The notes under the pieces are model-generated. The model had not been told where the DNA came from and searched no databases. It saw only the letters and a program-made list of their open reading frames with translations. A DNA stretch of 64,000 bases from Eledone cirrhosa (lineage: Eukaryota), in NCBI GenBank assembly GCA_964016885.1, contig OZ024744.1:1860001-1924000 (forward strand). The letters run 5' to 3'. A program made the position numbers and the translations under genes. Shown here piece by piece: positions 53,401-61,719 of the stretch (position 1 is the stretch's first letter; each line of letters opens with the position of its first letter).

Positions 53401-56400
53401 CCAAGCTATCTTACTCTACCTTGTCTTCCCCCAAAACTTCGTTCTTCACCAAGCTATCTTTCTCTACCTTGTCTTCCCCCAAAACTTCGTTCTTCACCAA
53501 GCTATCTTTCTCTACCTCGTCTTCCCTCAAAACTTCGTTCTTCACCAAGCTATCTTTCTCTACCTTGTCTTCCGCCAAAACTTCGTTCTTCACCAAGCTA
53601 TCTTTCTCTAACTTGTCTTCCCCCAAAACTTCGTTCTTCACCAAGCTATCTTTCTCTACCTTGTCTTCCCCCAAAACTTCGTTCTTCACCAAGTCATCTT
53701 TCTCTACCTTGTCATCCCTCAAAACTTCGTTCTTCACCAATCTATCTTTCTCTACCTTGTCTCCTCCCAAAACTTCGTTCTTCACCAAGCTATCTTTCTC
53801 TACCTTGTCTTCCCACAAAACGTCATTTTCACCAAGCTCTCTTTCTCTACCTTGTCTTCCGTCAAACCTTCGTTCTTCACCAAGCTATCTTTCTCTACCT
53901 TGTCTTCCCTCAAAACGTCGTTCTTCACCAAGCTATCTTTCTCTACCTTGTCCTTCCACAAAACTTCGTTCTTCACCAAGCTATCTTTCTCTACCTTGTC
54001 TTCCCCCAAAACTTCGTTCTTCGCAAGCTATCTTTCTCTACCTTGTCTTCCGTCAAAACTTCGTTCTTCACCAAGATATCTTTCTCTACCTTGTCTTCCC
54101 ACAAAACGTCGTTCTTCACCAAGCTATCTTTCTCTACCTTGTCTTCCCTCAGAACTTCCTTCTTCACCAAGCTATCTTTCTCTACCTTGTCTTCCCCCAA
54201 AACTTCGTTCTTCACCAAGCTATCTTTCTCTACATTGTCTTCCCCAAAACTTCGTTCTTCACCAAGCTATCTTTCTCTACCTTGTCTTCCCTCAAAACGT
54301 CGTTCTTCACCAAGCTATCTTTCTCTACCTTGTCTTCCCCCAAAACTTCGTTCTTCACAAAACTATCTTTCTCTACCTTGTCTTCCCCCAAAACTTCGTT
54401 CTTCACCAAGTCTTCTTTCTCTACCTTGTCATCCCACAAAACGTCGTTCTTCACCAAGCTATCTTTCTCTATGTTGTCTTCCCTCAAAACGTCGTTCTTC
54501 ACCAAGCTATCTTTCTCTACCTTGTCTTCCCTCAAAATGTCGTTCTTCACCAAGCTATCTTTCTCGACCTTGTCTTCTCCCAAAACTTCGTTATTCAGCA
54601 AGCTATCTTTCTCTACCTTGTCTTCCCTCAAAACTTCGTTCTTCACCAAGCTATCTTTCTCTACCTTGTCTTCTCCCAAAACTTCGTTATTCACCAAGCT
54701 ATCTTTCTCTACCTTGTCTTCCCTCAAAACTTCGTTCTTCACCAAGCTATCTTTCTCTACCTTGTCTTCCCCCAAAACTTCGTTCTTCACCAAGCTATCT
54801 TTCTCTACCTTGTCTTCCCCCAAAACTTCGTTCTTCACCAAGCTATCTTTCTCTACCTTGTCTTCCCTCAAAACTTCGTTCTTCACCATGTCATCTTTCT
54901 CTACCTTGTCATCCCTCAAAACTTCGTTCTTCACCAATCTATCTTTCTCTACCTTGTCTTCCCCCAAAACTTCGTTCTTCACCAAGCTATCTTTCTCTAG
55001 CTTGGCTTCACACAAAACTTCGTTCTTCACCAAGCTATCTTTCTCTACCTTGTCTTCCCACAAAACGTCATTCTTCACCAAGCTATCTTTCTCTACCTTG
55101 TCTTCCGTCAAAACTTCGTTCTTCACCAAGATATCTTTCTCTACCTTGTCTCCTCCCAAAACTTCGTTCTTCACCAAGCTATCTTTCTCTACCTTGTCTT
55201 CCCCCAAAACTTCGTTCTTCACCAAGCTATCTTTCTCTACCTTGTCTTCCCCCAAAACTTCGTTCTTCACCAAGCTATCTTTCTCTACCTTGTCTTCTCC
55301 CAAAACTTCGTTATTCACCAAGCTATCTTTCTCTACCTTGTCTTCCCTCAAAACTTCGTTCTTCACCAAGCTATATTTCTCTACCTTGTCTTCCCCCAAA
55401 ACTTCGTTCTTCACCAAGCTATCTTTCTCTACCTTGTCTTCCCCCAAAACTTCGTTCTTCACCAAGCTATCTTTCTCTACCTTGTCTTCCCCCAAAACTT
55501 CGTTCTTCACCAAGCTATCTTTCTCTACCTTGTCTTCCCACAAAACGTCATTCTTCACCAAGCTATCTTTCTCTACCTTGTCTTCCGTCAAAACTTCGTT
55601 CTTCACCAAGATATCTTTCTCTACCTTGTCTCCTCCCAAAACTTCGTTCTTCACCAAGCTATCTTTCTCTACCTTATCTTCCCTCAGAACTTCGTTCTTC
55701 ACCAAGCTATCTCTCTCTACCTTGTCTTCCCCCAAAACTTCGTTCTTTACCAAGCTATCTTTCTCTACATTGTCTTCCCCAAAACTTCGTTCTTCACCAA
55801 GCTATCTTTCTCTACCTTGTCTTCCCTCAAAACGTCGTTCTTCACCAAGCTATCTTACTCTACCTTGTCTTCCCCCAAAACTTCGTTCTTCACCAAGCTA
55901 TCTTTCTCTACCTTGTCTTCCCCCAAAACTTCGTTCTTCACCAAGCTATCTTTCTCTACCTCGTCTTCCCTCAAAACTTCGTTCTTCACCAAGCTATCTT
56001 TCTCTACCTTGTCTTCCCCCAAAACTTCGTTCTTCACCAAGCTATCTTTCTCTAACTTGTCTTCCCCCAAAACTTCGTTCTTCACCAAGCTATCTTTCTC
56101 TACCTTGTCTTCCCCCAAAACTTCGTTCTTCACCAAGTCATCTTTCTCTACCTTGTCATCCCTCAAAACTTCGTTCTTCACCAATCTATCTTTCTCTACC
56201 TTGTCTCCTCCCAAAACTTCGTTCTTCACCAAGCTATCTTTCTCTACCTTGTCTTCCCACAAAACGTCATTCTTCACCAAGCTCTCTTTCTCTACCTTGT
56301 CTTCCGTCAAACCTTCGTTCTTCACCAAGCTATCTTTCTCTACCTTGTCTTCCCTCAAAACGTCGTTCTTCACCAAGCTATCTTTCTCTACCTTGTCCTT

Positions 56401-57829
56401 CCACAAAACTTCGTTCTTCACCAAGCTATCTTTCTCTACCTTGTCTTCCCCCAAAACTTCGTTCTTCGCAAGCTATCTTTCTCTACCTTGTCTTCCGTCA
56501 AAACTTCGTTCTTCACCAAGATATCTTTCTCTACCTTGTCTTCCCACAAAACGTCGTTCTTCACCAAGCTATCTTTCTCTACCTTGTCTTCCCTCAGAAC
56601 TTCGTTCTTCACCAAGCTATCTTTCTCTACCTTGTCTTCCCCCAAAACTTCGTTCTTCACCAAGCTATCTTTCTCTACATTGTCTTCCCCAAAACTTCGT
56701 TCTTCACCAAGCTATCTTTCTCTACCTTGTCTTCCCTCAAAACGTCGTTCTTCACCAAGCTATCTTTCTCTACCTTGTCTTCCCCCAAAACTTCGTTCTT
56801 CACAAAGCTATCTTTCTCTACCTTGTCTTCCCCCAAAACTTCGTTCTTCACCAAGTCATCTTTCTCTACCTTGTCATCCCACAAAACGTCGTTCTTCACC
56901 AAGCTATCTTTCTCTATGTTGTCTTCCCTCAAAACGTCGTTCTTCACCAAGCTATCTTTCTCTACCTTGTCTTCCCTCAAAATTTCGTTCTTCACCAAGC
57001 TATCTTTCTCGACCTTGTCTTCTCCCAAAACTTCGTTATTCAGCAAGCTATCTTTCTCTACCTTGTCTTCCCTCAAAACTTCGTTCTTCACCAAGCTATC
57101 TTTCTCTACCTTGTCTTCCACCCAAAACTTCGTTCTTCACCAAGCTATCTTTCTCTACCTTGTCTTCTCCCAAAACTTCGTTATTCACCAAGCTATCTTT
57201 CTCTACCTTGTCTTCCCTCAAAACTTCGTTCTTCACCAAGCTATCTTTCTCTACCTTGTCTTCCCCCAAAACTTCGTTCTTCACCAAGCTATCTTTCTCT
57301 ACCTTGTCTTCCCCCAAAACTTCGTTCTTCACCAAGCTATCTTTCTCTACCTTGTCTTCCCTCAAAACTTCGTTCTTCACCAATCTATCTTTCTCTACCT
57401 TGTCTTCCCCCAAAACTTCGTTCTTCACCAAGCTATCCTTCTCTAGCTTGGCTTCACACAAAACTTCGTTCTTCACCAAGCTATCTTTCTCTACCTTGTC
57501 TTCCCACAAAACGTCATTCTTCACCAAGCTATCTTTCTCTACCTTGTCTTCCGTCAAAACTTCGTTCTTCACCAAGATATCTTTCTCTACCTTGTCTCCT
57601 CCCAAAACTTCGTTCTTCACCAAGCTATCTTTCTCTACCTTGTCTTCCCCCAAAACTTCGTTCTTCACCAAGCTATCTTTCTCTACCTTGTCTTCCCCCA
57701 AAACTTCGTTCTTCACCAAGCTATCTTTCTCTACCTCGTCTTCCCTCAAAACTTCGTTCTTCACCAAGCTATCTTTCTCTACCTTGTCTTCCCCCAAAAC
57801 TTCGTTCTTCACCAAGCTATCTTTCTCTA
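47446..57829. repeat. Near-perfect tandem duplication, period 5178 bp (108 monomers), containing an older ~2444-bp internal periodicity
   Basis: Eight ORF pairs are offset by exactly 5178 (48233/53411 through 51918/57096). Shared private markers TTCCGCC, GTCATTTTCACC, CACAAAACTAT, AAGTCTTC and TTCCACCC. Pairs 48233/50677 and 48813/51258 give offsets of 2444-2445. Confidence 0.94.
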
Positions 57830-59183
57830 ACTTGTCTTCCCCCAAAACTTCGTTCTTCACCAAGCTATCTTTCTCTACCTTGTCTTCCCCCAAAACTTCG
57901 TTCTTCACCAAGCTATCTTTCTCTACCTTGTATTCCCCCAAAACTTCGTTCTTCACCAAGTCATCTTTCTCTACCTTGTCATCCCTCAAAACTTCGTTCT
58001 TCACCAATCTATCTTTCTCTACCTTGTCTCCTCCCAAAACTTCGTTCTTCACCAAGCTATCTTTCTCTACCTTGTCTTCCCTCAGAACTTCTTTCTTCAC
58101 CAAGCTATCTTTCTCTACCTTGTCTTCCCCCAAAACTTCGTTCTTCACCAAGCTATCTTTCTCTACCTTGTCTTCCCACAAAACTTCGTTCTTCACCAAG
58201 CTATCTTTCTCTACCTTGACTTCCCACAAAACGTCGTTCTTCACCAAGCTATCTTTCTCTACCTTGTCTTCCCTCAAAACTTCGTTCTTCACCAAGCTAT
58301 CTTTCTCTACCTTGTCTTCCCCCAAAACTTCGTTCTTCACCAAGCTATCTTTCTCTACCTTGTCTTCTCCCAAAACTTCGTTATTCACCAAGCTATCTTT
58401 CTCTACCTTGTCTTCCCTCAAAACTTCGTTCTTCACCAAGCTATCTTTCTCTACCTTGTCTTCCCACAAAACGTCATTCTTCACCAAGCTATCTTTCTCT
58501 ACCTTGTCTTCCGTCAAACCTTCGTTCTTCACCAAGCTATCTTTCTCTACCTTGTCTTCCCTCAAAACGTCGTTCTTCACCAAGCTATCTTTCTCTACCT
58601 TGTCCTCCCACAAAACTTCGTTCTTCACCAAGCTATCTTTCTCTACCTTGTCTTCCCCCAAAACTTCGTTCTTCGCAAGCTATCTTTCTCTACCTTGTCT
58701 TCCGTCAAATCTTCGTTCTTCACCAAGATATCTTTCTCTACCTTGTCTTCCCACAAAACGTCGTTCTTCACCAAGCTATCTTTCTCTACCTTGTCTTCCC
58801 TCAGAACTTCGTTCTTCACCAAGCTATCTTTCTCTACCTTGTCTTCCCCCAAAACTTCGTTCTTCACCAAGCTATCTTTCTCTACATTGTCTTCCCCAAA
58901 ACTTCGTTCTTCACCAAGATATCTTTCTCTACCTTGTCTCCTCCCAAAACTTCGTTCTTCACCAAGCTATCTTTCTCTACCTTATCTTCCCTCAGAACTT
59001 CGTTCTTCACCAAGCTATCTCTCTCTACCTTGTCTTCCCCCAAAATTTCGTTCTTTACCAAGCTATCTTTCTCTACATTGTCTTCCCCAAAACTTCGTTC
59101 TTCACCAAGCTATCTTACTCTACCTTGTCTTCCCTCAAAACGTCGTTCTTCACCAAGCTATCTTTCTCTACCTTGTCTTCCCC

Positions 59184-61601
59184 CAAAACTTCGTTCTTCA
59201 CCAAGCTATCTTTCTCTACCTTGTCTTCCCCCAAAACTTCGTTCTTCACCAAGCTATCTTTCTCTACCTCGTCTTCCCTCAAAATTTCGTTCTTCACCAA
59301 GCTATCTTTCTCTACCTTGTCTTCCCCCAAAACTTCGTTCTTCACCAAGCTATCTTTCTCTAACTTGTCTTCCCCCAAAACTTCGTTCTTCACCAAGCTA
59401 TCTTTCTCTACCTTGTCTTCCCCCAAAACTTCGTTCTTCACCAAGCTATCTTTCTCTACCTTGTATTCCCCCAAAACTTCGTTCTTCACCAAGTCATCTT
59501 TCTCTACCTTGTCATCCCTCAAAACTTCGTTCTTCACCATGTCATCTTTCTCTACCTTGTCATCCCTCAAAACTTCGTTCTTCACCAATCTATCTTTCTC
59601 TACCTTGTCTTCCCCCAAAACTTCGTTCTTCACCAAGCTATCTTTCTCTACCTTGTCTTCCCCCAAAACTTCGTTCTTCACCAAGCTATCTTTCTCTACC
59701 TTGTCTTCCCACAAAACGTCATTCTTCACCAAGCTATCTTTCTCTACCTTGTCTTCCGTCAAAACTTCGTTCTTCACCAAGATATCTTTCTCTACCTTGT
59801 CTCCTCCCAAAACTTCGTTCTTCACCAAGCTATCTTTCTCTACCTTATCTTCCCTCAGAACTTCGTTCTTCACCAAGCTATCTCTCTCTACCTTGTCTTC
59901 CCCCAAAACTTCGTTCTTTACCAAGCTATCTTTCTCTACATTGTCTTCCCCAAAACTTCGTTCTTCACCAAGCTATCTTTCTCTACCTTGTCTTCCCTCA
60001 AAACGTCGTTCTTCACCAAGCTATCTTTCTCTACCTTGTCTTCCCCCAAAACTTCGTTCTTCACCAAGCTATCTTTCTCTAACTTGTCTTCCCCCAAAAC
60101 ATCGTTCTTCACCAAGCTATCTTTCTCTACCTTGTCTTCCCCCAAAACTTCGTTCTTCACCAAGCTCTCTTTCTCTACCTTGTCTTCCGTCAAACCTTCG
60201 TTCTTCACCAAGCTATCTTTCTCTACCTTGTCTTCCCTCAAAACGTCGTTCTTCACCAAGCTATCTTTCTCTACCTTGTCCTCCCACAAAACTTCGTTCT
60301 TCACCAAGCTATCTTTCTCTACCTTGTCTTCCCCCAAAACTTCGTTCTTCGCAAGCTATCTTTCTCTACCTTGTCTTCCGTCAAAACTTCGTTCTTCACC
60401 AAGCTATCTTTCTCTACCTTGTCTTCCCCCAAAACTTCGTTCTTCACCAAGCTATCTTTCTCTACCTCGTCTTCCCTCAAAATTTCGTTCTTCACCAAGC
60501 TATCTTTCTCTACCTTGTCTTCCCCCAAAACTTCGTTCTTCACCAAGCTATCTTTCTCTAACTTGTCTTCCCCCAAAACTTCGTTCTTCACCAAGCTATC
60601 TTTCTCTACCTTGTCTTCCCCCAAAACTTCGTTCTTCACCAAGCTATCTTTCTCTACCTTGTATTCCCCCAAAACTTCGTTCTTCACCAAGTCATCTTTC
60701 TCTACCTTGTCATCCCTCAAAACTTCGTTCTTCACCATGTCATCTTTCTCTACCTTGTCATCCCTCAAAACTTCGTTCTTCACCAATCTATCTTTCTCTA
60801 CCTTGTCTTCCCCCAAAACTTCGTTCTTCACCAAGCTATCTTTCTCTACCTTGTCTTCCCCCAAAACTTCGTTCTTCACCAAGCTATCTTTCTCTACCTT
60901 GTCTTCCCACAAAACGTCATTCTTCACCAAGCTATCTTTCTCTACCTTGTCTTCCGTCAAAACTTCGTTCTTCACCAAGATATCTTTCTCTACCTTGTCT
61001 CCTCCCAAAACTTCGTTCTTCACCAAGCTATCTTTCTCTACCTTATCTTCCCTCAGAACTTCGTTCTTCACCAAGCTATCTCTCTCTACCTTGTCTTCCC
61101 CCAAAACTTCGTTCTTTACCAAGCTATCTTTCTCTACATTGTCTTCCCCAAAACTTCGTTCTTCACCAAGCTATCTTTCTCTACCTTGTCTTCCCTCAAA
61201 ACGTCGTTCTTCACCAAGCTATCTTTCTCTACCTTGTCTTCCCCCAAAACTTCGTTCTTCACCAAGCTATCTTTCTCTAACTTGTCTTCCCCCAAAACAT
61301 CGTTCTTCACCAAGCTATCTTTCTCTACCTTGTCTTCCCCCAAAACTTCGTTCTTCACCAAGCTCTCTTTCTCTACCTTGTCTTCCGTCAAACCTTCGTT
61401 CTTCACCAAGCTATCTTTCTCTACCTTGTCTTCCCTCAAAACGTCGTTCTTCACCAAGCTATCTTTCTCTACCTTGTCCTCCCACAAAACTTCGTTCTTC
61501 ACCAAGCTATCTTTCTCTACCTTGTCTTCCCCCAAAACTTCGTTCTTCGCAAGCTATCTTTCTCTACCTTGTCTTCCGTCAAAACTTCGTTCTTCACCAA
61601 G
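59184..61601. repeat. Tandem duplication, period 1198 bp (25 monomers)
   Basis: ORF pair 59936/61134 is identical, and ORF ends 59924/61122 share the offset. The variant order is the same in both. Confidence 0.9.
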
Positions 61602-61719
61602 TCATCTTTCTCTACCTTGTCATCCCACAAAACGTCGTTCTTCACCAAGCTATCTTTCTCTATGTTGTCTTCCCTCAAAACGTCGTTCTTCACCAAGCTA
61701 TCTTTCTCTACCTTGTCTT

